This document shows, piece after piece, positions 1 to 9,824 of a stretch of DNA of 64,000 bases (position 1 is the stretch's first letter; every line of letters begins with the position of its first letter). The translations under genes and the position numbers were made by a program. This DNA comes from Dysgonamonadaceae bacterium (GTDB lineage: Bacteria; Bacteroidota; Bacteroidia; Bacteroidales; Azobacteroidaceae): the NCBI GenBank assembly GCA_031257875.1, contig JAIRNV010000214.1, positions 3,746 to 67,745 on the forward strand, read 5' to 3'. Under the pieces are notes generated by a model that was given only the letters and a program-made list of their open reading frames with translations, made no database searches and was not told where the DNA came from.

Positions 1-3000
1 CGGCCAGTCCGAAAGCAAAATCCAGTCCGGGCGCGTTTCCGGACGGCGTGGAGCCCTGTCCGAAGAAATCGCCGACCCCAGGTTGGAAATTGGGCAACAT
101 CATGTCGGTTCCTTCGCTGTATGAAAAACCGAGCGACCTCACCATCATCAGTCCCCGCGCCGCATATTGCAGGGTTTTGTACCAGGTTTCATCATCAAGA
201 GGCGGTAACTGGGAAATGACGACTTTCAGGTTTACCGAATCTTTGCCCTGTATCCGGATGGAATTGTTATCGACGGTTTTGTATTTGATCGGGTATAATT
301 TGCCGTTTTCATCCCGCGCCGTGATTCGCAGGCGGCTGTTGTTTAACTGATGAGCGACTACGGTTGCCGAGTCGGGCATAAGAGTGACCGCGCCTTCGTA
401 TTTTTTCTTTTTCTTTTCCGCATTTTTTTTTGCTTCATCGGTTCGGTTTGCATTGGCGCCGCCTGTTCTTCCGGCGTTCCGGGACGGCGTGCCTCTTGAA
501 GCCGTAAATTTCTTGTTTACGTCTGCCAGAAATTTGGACTTGTTATATAGATTCAGTAAATCGAACTGGACATTTTCGATTCCGACGGTGCGGTTGTTGT
601 TGATAATATTTCCCATTTCCACGGTCTCCGCTGTTTCGTCGCTGGTTTCGGAAGCGAGCGTGGCACCTCTTTGCCAATTGTATCCGCTGTTGAACGTCAG
701 GGATCCTTTGATAAAATTAAGCGCGGGAACGACACTGAAAGGAAGTGTATAGGCAGCCGAAAACGTTTGTTTGTATTCCATCGGATCGCCCAAATCGCGG
801 ATGTCCTGCCACACGTTTTTTTTCCGTTTAAGATATTCGTCATCAGGCAAAAAACTGTCGTCGGTTTGCTGTTTGAGCGTTTCTATCCGCGCGTTTGTTC
901 CCGAATTGAAAGAGAGGTTCAGGTTTTTTGTCAAATTCCACTGCGCTTTCAATGACCTGTTCCAGTAAAAATCGTCCCTGAATGAAGGCGGAATCATGTT
1001 TTCGCCCAAATCGCCCAAATCCCGCAACTGCACTTCGTAATAATTCCGCGTTCTTTCCAAATTAATTTCCAAAGATTTCGGCAACCAGCCGATTTCAAAA
1101 TTTTGCAGCAATCCTGAAGAGGCATTTTTTTGACGCGCCTGCCCTTCCTGATTTTTACCGTTGCTTTTTGCGAAAGGCTTCCAGGGTTTGAACATCGGCG
1201 AGTAGGAATAATTCAGGTTCACCGCATCCGCTATTGTCTGTTCATATTGAGTGGTAGCATCCTGCATATAATTTTCAACATGCGACCAGTCAAACGAGAA
1301 ATTCGCCGGGTCGTAGGGCATCGGGCGTTTGCTTCGGATATCCGCTTTTACGTTGTTGAAAGCAATTGATTTGGTCGTTTTTTTGTTTTGGGCGAAACTG
1401 TTGATCGAATCCCTTTCCGCCTGCGTTTCCACAGCGTCCAAAGCGTCTTTCAGCAAAACGTCCTGATCCAAAGGATTGTATTTCGGGCTGACCACGTCTT
1501 CCGTGTAGGAATAATAGAACGGAAGACTGACTTTGGCCTTTTCGGGGAAAAAGCGTCCGAGGTCAATTTGCGAAGCGATATTGTATTGATACACATCGTC
1601 AATGTTCCTGTCCATAATGCCCTGGTCGAGGCTGCCGAATCCCGCCGTTTCTTTCCGTCCCGAAAAACTGACCGACCCCATGTTGGAAAGCCCGACATAC
1701 AGGTTGGCGTTTCCCGCCCAGCCGCCGTCCTCGTTGAAGTCGGTCAACCGCAGTTCGTTTACCCAGATTTCGGCAGACTGGGTAGCGCGTGAATTGTTGC
1801 GCACGCCAATCATAATTACCTTGATGTTGGAAATGGTCGGATTGCCTGTGACGCTTACTTTATTCATCGGTTTTTCAGGGTCGAAGATGGAAAAGGGCGT
1901 ATAGTAGGTAACCTGCGAGCCGGCTTTCCGTTTTTCTTTGTTTCTTTCCAGTTTGAGATTTGTAAGCAGTTCAAACGGGAAATCAATCATGTTCGATTCC
2001 GGCCAGACAGTTTTCTTCGATTCGGAGGATTCGATATAACGCCCCGGAGGCGTGAGCGTCAGCGGTACTTCATATTCGTAGTAATTATTCTTATAGTCTG
2101 AACCTAAACGGATGAATACGGACAAATCGTTGTCCTGTAAATTGGTAGGCAGGTCGATTAGTTTTTCGGCATGGGTAAACATTTGCAAACGGCGGTACTG
2201 GCGCGTATCCAGACCGGTTGATTTGTAAATTGCGCGGGCGTCGCCCTGCGAAAGGTTGTTGATCCGGAGCGACATGGACTGTTCGTTTTGCTGCCGCAAC
2301 TGGGTCTGTCCGGGGTCTAAAATCCGGTTTACGCCCGGAGGCATGACATAATTGACCGGTTCTTTGCTGCCGCTTTCCTCGATGTTTACCGTAGACATGT
2401 TGATAGCGCCGCTTCCCTGTGGCGGCGATTTGGGGTCAAACAGGTCTTTCTGGTAAACGCGCCATTGACCGTAATTGAACTGGAGCGTTCCGAAACGGAG
2501 AATGACGGAATCCGGAAACTGAGTCAAAAACATCCGTATGAAACGTATCGTTTTGAAATCGGCGATAGCGCCGACTTTCTTTTCGTATTCGCTGATTGGA
2601 ATTTTAAATTGATACCAGGTAACCATCTCGTTTTTACCGTTTTTCAAATACGGTTTCACTTCCATTTTCTGAACGATAAAATTTTTACCGACAACCATGC
2701 TGTCGGGGCGAATCGATACTTTGTACTGGAAATACTTTTCGGCTTCGTTGAGCGTATTGTCCTGGTTAATGTCTTCCACGTCGGGGACAAGCCGTGCGGC
2801 GGTGCTGTAATTTTCAGGCGAAGTGGAAGCATCGGCCGAGTTGCCTTCCACACCGTTGTAATGCTTGTATCTTCCGAGAACGGGCAATTGCCGCGCATCG
2901 TAATCGCCACCCCTGAAATAGTGGTAATTGTCACCGGCCGGGTCGTTGTATGGAGAAAACGGGTCGTCCGTCATGTTTCCCTTTGTTTCCGGAGAAAGCA

Positions 3001-6000
3001 CGTTGTCCAACTCTTTCAGATAGTTGGCATAAGTATCAAAAGTAAATTCCTTTTCGGTGGGCAAGCCGTCGAAACCTGCATCCTGCATTTTTCTTGCACC
3101 ATCCGCATTCTCGAAAGCATATACCAGGGATTGCTGTTGAGGAACCACCCCCCAGACTGTTTTTGTAACTTTGGTTGTGTCGCCGTCTATCGGCAAGCCG
3201 TTTTCAAAAAATTTCTTTTCATCTTTCAGGATGTCTTCCGAAATTTCGCCCAGATTGAAATACAAATCGCCGCCGCGGGCATTTTCTTTTCCGATAAAAG
3301 GGTCTAAAAGCCAAAATTCGATGGTTTCGATGTTGTTGGCTTCAAAATCGGTATTTCCGCTTTCGATGCGGCGGGTGATGCCGCCCCAACGTTCTGCCGG
3401 GTTGCTCAGCGTCCCGTCGGGATTCATTCCCAAAGCGTCTACGTTATACGGCCCGCGTTCGCGGGGATAATAAGCGAGGTTAAATACCGGAATGGTTGCG
3501 GATTCCCCAAAAGTCGGGTCTTTATCGGGGTAAAGTTCGCTTTCCGGTATTTCCCGCACGTAATGGTCGGAGAGCTGATCCAAATCGTTTTTGATATGGG
3601 TGGGCGTCAATGAAGATTTGCGGGTAAATAAAGCGTCGATGTGATACCAGGCCAGCAGCGACCGGTTTTTGCCATAGTCCGTATTGTTTGATTTTTTGGA
3701 TTCATCAAACATGGAAGGCGTTGAGGCCAAGCTCCATGAGTAAGGCGTGCGCAGGTCAATGACCTGTTTGGCCTGTTCAAAATCGTCAATGTATGAGTGA
3801 TTTCCGCCGTATTTGCTTTTGTAATGTCCCGGAATCAGGCGGGCGTATTCGGCGGTGAGCGTAATCTGTGACGGTTCGGTGAGTTCCAGCAAGGGTATTT
3901 TGTCCAGCACATTGGTTAGCCACTGCGATTGCGTAGCGTAATTGACGTTGAATCCGAACAGGGTATTGTTGATGGATTCCTGCCCGGGTTCGGTTTTCAT
4001 CGTGAGCGGCATTTCGCTCAGGTTCATGACGGTAGCCCCGATGTTGAACTGTTTGTTTACGGCGTAATTCAGGTTCAGCCCCATCATGGTTTTCCGCTGC
4101 ATTCCGAAAGCGGAACGGTCTTCGGACGAAGTCTGAATGTTCGCATTTTCATAAAGCGGATTGATGATAGTAACCTGGCCGGTTGCGTAATCGACGGTAT
4201 AATCGACGTTCTCTTTCAGGACAACGCCGTTTGCGGAGACGGTGACCGAGCCCCTGGCAATGTTCATCCCGTCGAGGTTGATGTTGGATGCGCTTGAACC
4301 TTTGTATTCCCCGTCGAGAATGAATTTGTTTTTTTCGGCCGCCTGCCGCGCTACGGTCAGTGTAGAATCGTACAGTTCCTGAAATACGTACCTGTCGGCA
4401 ATTTTATCGTCGCCAATCATTTTCCGCAGGTGGGAGCCGAAAGGTTCGACTACGGGGAAGATGATTTTTCCCTCGCCGGCTTTAACGGTGAGGCCTGAAA
4501 CGAAATCGAAGAACCCGTCGGGATGCGGCTCGTTGCGCGAATCCAGCCGGTCTAATTTTTCAACCCTGAGCAACAGCTGATTGGCAATTTTCCCTTCGGT
4601 AATGTAATTCAGATAAACACCGGTCGTATCATTCAAATATTTAATATTCAGACGGAATTTGTCGGAAGTCAAAGGCTGGTTGTACGCCGTGATGGCGTAA
4701 ACATTTTTCATCATCAGTTTCCAGGTCCTGGAGTTGGGGGAAACGGTTGTGCCTTTTATTAATTTGACATACAGATTGCTCTGGCTGTCGTTGGGATTAT
4801 CGGTTGAAAATTCGCCGACCTGATAGGTAGCGCCCCTGTAAACATACGAATAGGCAACCGCCAGCACTTCGTCCGACTGCAGAGGATAGCGCAGGGAAAT
4901 GTATCCCGACTGCGGATTGAAAGTATATTCCGAAGCCTCTAATTTGCGGGCGTTTTCGATTTTTTCGTAATCCCAGCTGTTTTCCAGAGAACCGGTCAAA
5001 ACCTGATTGACCATACTGATGTTGCGCACTCCGGGATAATTGTTTACGATATTGTTGTATAAGTCGTTAGCTCCATTATAAGGTATGGATTCAGCGCCCG
5101 CCGGATGCGTGAAGTTGGGATTGCTGAAATCGCTGTATTCGGCAAGGTCGGTGAAAGCGACGATATTCCGCGCTTCCCTGAAATCCGAACGCCGGTTGGT
5201 GACCCAGACCTCTATCCGGTCGATGCTTATCGGGGATTTGACATAAGGCAGGGCGCTCATCGCCTCGTCGTAATGATTGTAGAAATAATGCGCCAGGAAA
5301 TAGTGCATGTTTTCGTCGTATTTATCGGCCGACACTTCAAAAGAAGTCGTCTGTACGTTCCCTTTGGACGAGATGGAGCGGGATTGCGATTCCTGCTGGG
5401 AGAAAACGGCATCGACGGTTAATTTTCCAAACTGCAACTGGGTTTTGATGCCAAACAGCGCCGCGCCGCCCCTGATAAGGGAGTTGGTCGTATTCATACT
5501 GACATTGCCCGCTTCCAGCACTTTGACGATTTCGTCTTCTTTTCCGTTATAACCCAGGTTGAGTTTTTTCGTATCGAAATCGAAAGTCGATTCGGTATTA
5601 TAATTCAAATCGAAATTGAGTTTGTCGCCTACGGAGGCTCTAATGTCGGTTTGAATCTGGGTGTCGAAATCGAAGGCGGTGTGATTCCGCTGCCGTTCGG
5701 TCAAAGTGGGGTTTCCGGTCGAAGTATGCGTGAATCCCAGTTTGGTGGTGAGGCTTCCGTTTGCGTTCAGGCGAACGCCGCCCGGACCGAAAATTTTATC
5801 GGCAGGGCCGATATTTACCCTGAAATCGAAAGCGGATAAAGCGTCGCTGTCTTTTTTCCCCGCCATGCTGTCAAATTCTGCCGCATATTTGTCTCTGTAA
5901 AACAGATTCATGCTTTTTTGCAGGCTGTATCTGTAATATTCGTCGGGCGTAAGCGTGAGCGGAGTCTCAATGTCTTCGTCCCCGATTTTTGTCCGCAATT

Positions 6001-6259
6001 CATACTTGCCGGTCAGCGGGTTGTATTCAAAATCGGATTTGAAGTTTTGCGGTGTGGACAAATCAATCGGATAGACATTTTTAACGTCCCGGTATTCTTC
6101 AGGAACGGTTTTTGCTACCGGAAACACCGTACTCGCCGTATCCGTACTCAGGGTAAGGGTTTTTTGCGGGGGCGCCTGCGGCGACGGCAAGCCGGACAAT
6201 CCGCCCGCCGCCCAAACAAGAAATATAACGGTAAATATGTGCTTTCTCCGGGATTTCAT
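1..6259 (-). CDS. sprA: Type IX secretion outer-membrane translocon SprA/Sov; 3' end runs off the window
   Basis: Missing from the ORF track, consistent with running off the window. ATG at 6259 overlaps the ruvA TGA. Manual translation of sampled segments gives a signal-peptide-like start (MKSRRKHIFTVIFLVW) and the SprA-type segment FDFDTQIQTDIRASVGDKLNFDLNYNTESTFDFD...EAGNVSM...LFGIKTQLQFGKL. ruvA-sprA synteny is typical of Bacteroidota. Confidence 0.92.
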   Translation of the reverse strand, partial: MKSRRKHIFTVIFLVWAAGGLSGLPSPQAPPQKTLTLSTDTASTVFPVAKTVPEEYRDVKNVYPIDLSTPQNFKSDFEYNPLTGKYELRTKIGDEDIETPLTLTPDEYYRYSLQKSMNLFYRDKYAAEFDSMAGKKDSDALSAFDFRVNIGPADKIFGPGGVRLNANGSLTTKLGFTHTSTGNPTLTERQRNHTAFDFDTQIQTDIRASVGDKLNFDLNYNTESTFDFDTKKLNLGYNGKEDEIVKVLEAGNVSMNTTNSLIRGGAALFGIKTQLQFGKLTVDAVFSQQESQSRSISSKGNVQTTSFEVSADKYDENMHYFLAHYFYNHYDEAMSALPYVKSPISIDRIEVWVTNRRSDFREARNIVAFTDLAEYSDFSNPNFTHPAGAESIPYNGANDLYNNIVNNYPGVRNISMVNQVLTGSLENSWDYEKIENARKLEASEYTFNPQSGYISLRYPLQSDEVLAVAYSYVYRGATYQVGEFSTDNPNDSQSNLYVKLIKGTTVSPNSRTWKLMMKNVYAITAYNQPLTSDKFRLNIKYLNDTTGVYLNYITEGKIANQLLLRVEKLDRLDSRNEPHPDGFFDFVSGLTVKAGEGKIIFPVVEPFGSHLRKMIGDDKIADRYVFQELYDSTLTVARQAAEKNKFILDGEYKGSSASNINLDGMNIARGSVTVSANGVVLKENVDYTVDYATGQVTIINPLYENANIQTSSEDRSAFGMQRKTMMGLNLNYAVNKQFNIGATVMNLSEMPLTMKTEPGQESINNTLFGFNVNYATQSQWLTNVLDKIPLLELTEPSQITLTAEYARLIPGHYKSKYGGNHSYIDDFEQAKQVIDLRTPYSWSLASTPSMFDESKKSNNTDYGKNRSLLAWYHIDALFTRKSSLTPTHIKNDLDQLSDHYVREIPESELYPDKDPTFGESATIPVFNLAYYPRERGPYNVDALGMNPDGTLSNPAERWGGITRRIESGNTDFEANNIETIEFWLLDPFIGKENARGGDLYFNLGEISEDILKDEKKFFENGLPIDGDTTKVTKTVWGVVPQQQSLVYAFENADGARKMQDAGFDGLPTEKEFTFDTYANYLKELDNVLSPETKGNMTDDPFSPYNDPAGDNYHYFRGGDYDARQLPVLGRYKHYNGVEGNSADASTSPENYSTAARLVPDVEDINQDNTLNEAEKYFQYKVSIRPDSMVVGKNFIVQKMEVKPYLKNGKNEMVTWYQFKIPISEYEKKVGAIADFKTIRFIRMFLTQFPDSVILRFGTLQFNYGQWRVYQKDLFDPKSPPQGSGAINMSTVNIEESGSKEPVNYVMPPGVNRILDPGQTQLRQQNEQSMSLRINNLSQGDARAIYKSTGLDTRQYRRLQMFTHAEKLIDLPTNLQDNDLSVFIRLGSDYKNNYYEYEVPLTLTPPGRYIESSESKKTVWPESNMIDFPFELLTNLKLERNKEKRKAGSQVTYYTPFSIFDPEKPMNKVSVTGNPTISNIKVIMIGVRNNSRATQSAEIWVNELRLTDFNEDGGWAGNANLYVGLSNMGSVSFSGRKETAGFGSLDQGIMDRNIDDVYQYNIASQIDLGRFFPEKAKVSLPFYYSYTEDVVSPKYNPLDQDVLLKDALDAVETQAERDSINSFAQNKKTTKSIAFNNVKADIRSKRPMPYDPANFSFDWSHVENYMQDATTQYEQTIADAVNLNYSYSPMFKPWKPFAKSNGKNQEGQARQKNASSGLLQNFEIGWLPKSLEINLERTRNYYEVQLRDLGDLGENMIPPSFRDDFYWNRSLKAQWNLTKNLNLSFNSGTNARIETLKQQTDDSFLPDDEYLKRKKNVWQDIRDLGDPMEYKQTFSAAYTLPFSVVPALNFIKGSLTFNSGYNWQRGATLASETSDETAETVEMGNIINNNRTVGIENVQFDLLNLYNKSKFLADVNKKFTASRGTPSRNAGRTGGANANRTDEAKKNAEKKKKKYEGAVTLMPDSATVVAHQLNNSRLRITARDENGKLYPIKYKTVDNNSIRIQGKDSVNLKVVISQLPPLDDETWYKTLQYAARGLMMVRSLGFSYSEGTDMMLPNFQPGVGDFFGQGSTPSGNAPGLDFAFGLA

Positions 6260-6840
6260 CAAAGCATTTTCAGTGCATTTTTAATAATTTCTTCCACACT
6301 CAAAGCCGGTTTTTCCGAGTAGATTTTATGGACTGTTTTCTGGGACGCCGGCTGGTTGAATCCCAGCATAACAAGCGCCGAAACGGCTTCCTGTGCGGCT
6401 TCGCTTAATACGGCGCCGGTGGCGGTGGCGGCTGTTCCGCTGACTTTTACCTTACCTTTCAGGTCGAGGATAATCCGTTCGGCTGTTTTGCTTCCGATGC
6501 CCTTCACGGCTTTCAGTGCATTGGCATTTCCCGATGCGATAATGCTTTCGAGTTCGTAGACGGCAATGGACGAAAGCACCATCCGGGCGGTGTTGGCGCC
6601 GACTCCGGAAACCGAAATCAAGTGCAGAAACAATTCGCGTTCGCGTTTTTCCATGAACCCGAACAGCTGGTGCGCATCCTCCCGGATAGCTTCGTAAACA
6701 AACAGTTTGCACGTTTTCAGGCCACTGAGCGCACTGTAAGTATTCAACGAAATATGAGCGAGATAACCGGCGCCTCCTGTTTCGATAACCACCGAAGCCG
6801 GGGTTAATTCGGCAATTTCTCCTTTAATATAATCTAACAT
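6259..6840 (-). CDS. ruvA: Holliday junction branch migration protein RuvA
   Basis: MLDYIKGEIAELTPASVVIETGGAGY, REDAHQLFGF, LISVSGVGANTA, VKGIGSKTAERIILDLK, ALVMLGF. Confidence 0.97.
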   Translation of the reverse strand: MLDYIKGEIAELTPASVVIETGGAGYLAHISLNTYSALSGLKTCKLFVYEAIREDAHQLFGFMEKRERELFLHLISVSGVGANTARMVLSSIAVYELESIIASGNANALKAVKGIGSKTAERIILDLKGKVKVSGTAATATGAVLSEAAQEAVSALVMLGFNQPASQKTVHKIYSEKPALSVEEIIKNALKML

Positions 6841-6919
6841 GCGGTGAATTTTGAATTAGCTAATTGTAATAGGTAATAAACGGAGAAAAAGTCAAAAGCG
6901 TATATTATGATGTTTTTTT

Positions 6920-6978
6920 TAGTGGTTAGTGGTTAGTGGTTAGTGGTTAGTGGTTAGTGATTAGTGGTTAATGATTAA
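6920..6978 (+). repeat. Heptamer tandem repeat (TAGTGGT)n grading into TAATGAT
   Basis: About 8 consecutive 7-nt units read directly. Confidence 0.9.
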
Positions 6979-7121
6979 CGGGTGCATTTCTAATTGTCGC
7001 AGAATTGAAATTATCCTGTCTTCCTACCGTTAAATTCTATAAACCGCTATATTCAAATTTCTTTTAGAATAAGGTAACGGTTTAGTCTGATGTAAAGGAA
7101 TATGTCTGATGTCGTTTTGTT

Positions 7122-7161
7122 GAAAAAAACAGCCGCACCCCCAACATGAGAATGCGACTGC
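7122..7161 (-). terminator. Probable intrinsic terminator of the LRR surface-protein gene
   Basis: Minus strand CAGTCGCATTCTC...GGGGGTGCGGCTG stem (with G-U pairs) followed by a T-run. Confidence 0.55.
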
Positions 7162-7240
7162 GAAATAACAACCAAAACAAAGTATGACTGTTGTACCTGA
7201 ATTTAACCTGAAAAAAAAATATCGTTATCGTATATCAAAA

Positions 7241-9220
7241 TCATTCCGGCACGCCGTTGATAACTTTTCTTGACCATCCGGATGAGCCTTTTACAATCAA
7301 TATCCGTTCGGGATAATTAATAACAGCCGATGTTTTGCCTGACGGTTTTCCCAGACTGTGCAACAGTTTGCCGGTAACGGTATAAATGTTAATGTTTTCA
7401 GATACAGGTGAGATAATGGATAAATTTTTATTTTCCGAATATACCTTAATTTCATCGCCGGATATTCCGAAAATACCCAAACCGTGTTCTCTTTTAACTG
7501 TTAGTTGATAAAACTTATAATTTTGATGATTTGCCGTATATACAAGAAAACCATATTTATTTGGCAGAGAGGGGTTGAGGGTTTTAAGTCCCGGACTGTT
7601 ATAGTCGGCATCCAGTATTGATGTGGAATCGGTTGTTTCAAGTTCTATTAAAATCTCACGGGTATCGTCAGGGACAGTGACCGTATAATAAGTGGTATTG
7701 GGACTGAATGAAGGCGAGAGGATACCCGGGGTTACCGTGAAGGATTTCAGGGTTGCATCTCTGGATTCACCGGCTCTTGTGACCTTTATTGTATAAGTCA
7801 GTACGGTAGCCCTGTTTTCTGCAGTCACGGTGATTTTGAAAATATTTTCGCCGATGTTTAGGGGATAGGTACCGTCGTTACCGGTTGCAATGGCTAATGG
7901 ATGTTTTTTTTGAGCGTTAACTGTAATACTGTCGACTGAATAGGGAACGGTAACGGTATAATCATATATATCCGGACTGTAGAGAGGGGTGAGGTTGCCT
8001 GTGACGGTAAGGGCTTTCAGGGTTGCATCGTGGCTTTCGGGCAGTTCCTCGAGTGGAAGAATTTGTTTGAAATCTTGCCAGGTTGCCACTCGTTGAAACC
8101 AATACAGAAGCTCGTCATGAACATAGACGGTAACATTTCCGAAATTGACATCGGAGAAAGTTGAGTCACCGTCAATATCTATTGACGGTGGGACGCCTCT
8201 GAAGACAAGGGATTTTAAGGATGTGCAACGGGAGAAAGCAAAAGAACCTATTTTATCACAGTCGTAGGGAAAGATAACTTTTTCCAAAGAAGCACACGAG
8301 GAAAAACAATCGGATTGTATTTCTTTTATATTTTCCGGCAACACGAGAGAGACTAAACCGCAATTACTAAAAACGCCGGTCTTTAAAACTTTTAATTCAG
8401 TAACTTTAGAGAAGTTTACAGACTTTAATGCTGCACAGTTCATAAAAGCACCGGCTTCAATATCGTCAAGGGTTGACGGAAAAATGATTTCAGTTACACC
8501 TGTAAAGGATTCAAATGCACGCTGGGGGATAGCGGTTATGCCCTCACTGAAGAAGATAGTTTTAATTTGGGATCTGTAATCCCCCAGGGGATTATCACCT
8601 GATAGCCTGCCATTACCCGAGATGATTAAGAGACTTCTATCTTCCAGCAAAAAGGTGTGATTATCCCCATACCGACCGCTAACAGGCTGAAACTCTGTTA
8701 TTTCCGCGCACGTGCGCCAGGGGAGTTTTTGCTTGTAAATACCGGAGCAGCCAGAAGGAACAGAGAGGGTGATTCTGTTTACTTCCGGCCACATAAGTGT
8801 TGAACTATGATACGATGGAGGATTTGGGTTTGACGACATGATTGTAGATAACCTATTATTAAACCCAAGAGAGTATTCGCCCATAGTGGTTACGCTTTTT
8901 GACAAATAAACAGAAGTTAAACTTTCAAAAAATGCAAAAGCATAGTCCCCGATACTTGTTACACCGGGCAGGACAACAATAGATTTGACACCTGCTTTAA
9001 AATCATCGTACGGTGCAGTTGTGACAATAACATACTGCCCTTTTATGTACTTCTCGGAATAAGTGTAAGTGTCCATCGCCCCGTCTCCATTAATTATTAA
9101 TACACTGTCCTGAATTTTCCAGAAAACACTGTCGCCGCATTGTCCCGATATTTCATCAGCGCTGGCTTTCAGGCAAACGAACATAAAAGCGACTGTTACT
9201 ATTAAAATTAAATTTTTCAT
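7241..9220 (-). CDS. BspA-type leucine-rich-repeat surface protein with two cadherin-like beta-sandwich domains and a T9SS-like C-terminal sorting domain
   Basis: Signal peptide; GVTSIGDYAF / IPQRAF / IGSFAF LRRs; two DATLK..TVT...L.P.(Y/F)SP....YTVTVP repeats; C-terminus IYTVTGKLL...ILIVKGSSGWSRKVI. Confidence 0.85.
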   Translation of the reverse strand: MKNLILIVTVAFMFVCLKASADEISGQCGDSVFWKIQDSVLIINGDGAMDTYTYSEKYIKGQYVIVTTAPYDDFKAGVKSIVVLPGVTSIGDYAFAFFESLTSVYLSKSVTTMGEYSLGFNNRLSTIMSSNPNPPSYHSSTLMWPEVNRITLSVPSGCSGIYKQKLPWRTCAEITEFQPVSGRYGDNHTFLLEDRSLLIISGNGRLSGDNPLGDYRSQIKTIFFSEGITAIPQRAFESFTGVTEIIFPSTLDDIEAGAFMNCAALKSVNFSKVTELKVLKTGVFSNCGLVSLVLPENIKEIQSDCFSSCASLEKVIFPYDCDKIGSFAFSRCTSLKSLVFRGVPPSIDIDGDSTFSDVNFGNVTVYVHDELLYWFQRVATWQDFKQILPLEELPESHDATLKALTVTGNLTPLYSPDIYDYTVTVPYSVDSITVNAQKKHPLAIATGNDGTYPLNIGENIFKITVTAENRATVLTYTIKVTRAGESRDATLKSFTVTPGILSPSFSPNTTYYTVTVPDDTREILIELETTDSTSILDADYNSPGLKTLNPSLPNKYGFLVYTANHQNYKFYQLTVKREHGLGIFGISGDEIKVYSENKNLSIISPVSENINIYTVTGKLLHSLGKPSGKTSAVINYPERILIVKGSSGWSRKVINGVPE

Positions 9221-9231
9221 CTGAATATAAA

Positions 9232-9390
9232 TTAATAATTGATACTTTTTTTAACCCAACCTGAACTGCCTTTAATAATAAGAACTTTCCCGTTTAGATA
9301 CGATATATCAAAGACGGATTTGCCGGATGTTTTCCTGATGGCGGATAATAATCGCCCGTCTCAAAGAATATATCTGAATATTTTCTGCAA
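9232..9390 (-). pseudogene. Frameshifted remnant of the C-terminal sorting domain of a paralogous T9SS cargo gene
   Basis: Minus strand reads AENIQIYSL / DGRLLSAIRKTSGKSVFDIVS / GKVLIIKGSSGWVKKSINY* across two frameshifts, matching the C-termini of 7241..9220 and 56239..58638. Confidence 0.7.
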
Positions 9391-9600
9391 ATGTAGCAAA
9401 ATTAAAATAATTATTGCCGGTTTTTACGGGATATTTTCCATGTTTCTCAAAACTTGATGCAAATGTTGTCGCAGATACATTGAGAACAGCATCAATTATG
9501 ACTTCCTCAACACCCTTCTGGAAGGGTAGGGTGCCTGCCAAATGACAAAGCACAACAATTGGAATTGAAAATCAACGCAGTCAAATACACCCGACATAAC

Positions 9601-9750
9601 GGTGAATTTCAAATTGTCGCAAGGTTAAATAATCGCAGCCGTCACCAGCGATGGCGAAGCCCGCAGCAATCCAGGCGTGAATTATACTTATCCCTGATTG
9701 CTTCACTGCTTCGCAGTTCGCAATGACGCAGCGACAATTTGAAATGCACC
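9601..9750. mobile_element. 150-bp MITE-like element with 20-bp terminal inverted repeats and a REP-like palindromic interior
   Basis: GGTGAATTTCAAATTGTCGC (9601-9620) vs GCGACAATTTGAAATGCACC (9731-9750), 19/20 complementary. Interior 9696-9728 recurs inverted at about 56069-56101. No clear target-site duplication. Confidence 0.65.
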
Positions 9751-9789
9751 CCACTACAAAAAATTTCCTTGTCTAACAGAAATTTTTTG

Positions 9790-9797
9790 TAACTTTG
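9790..9797 (+). promoter_or_regulatory. Bacteroidota primary-sigma -7 motif upstream of gpmI
   Basis: TAACTTTG matches TAnnTTTG. Confidence 0.6.
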
Positions 9798-9824
9798 CCA
9801 ACGATTTAAAACTCATATATAATT

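Noticed and set aside
48-6322. Many plus-strand ORFs of 60-280 aa
   Set aside because: Antisense shadows of the minus-strand sprA frame, with no recognisable motifs.
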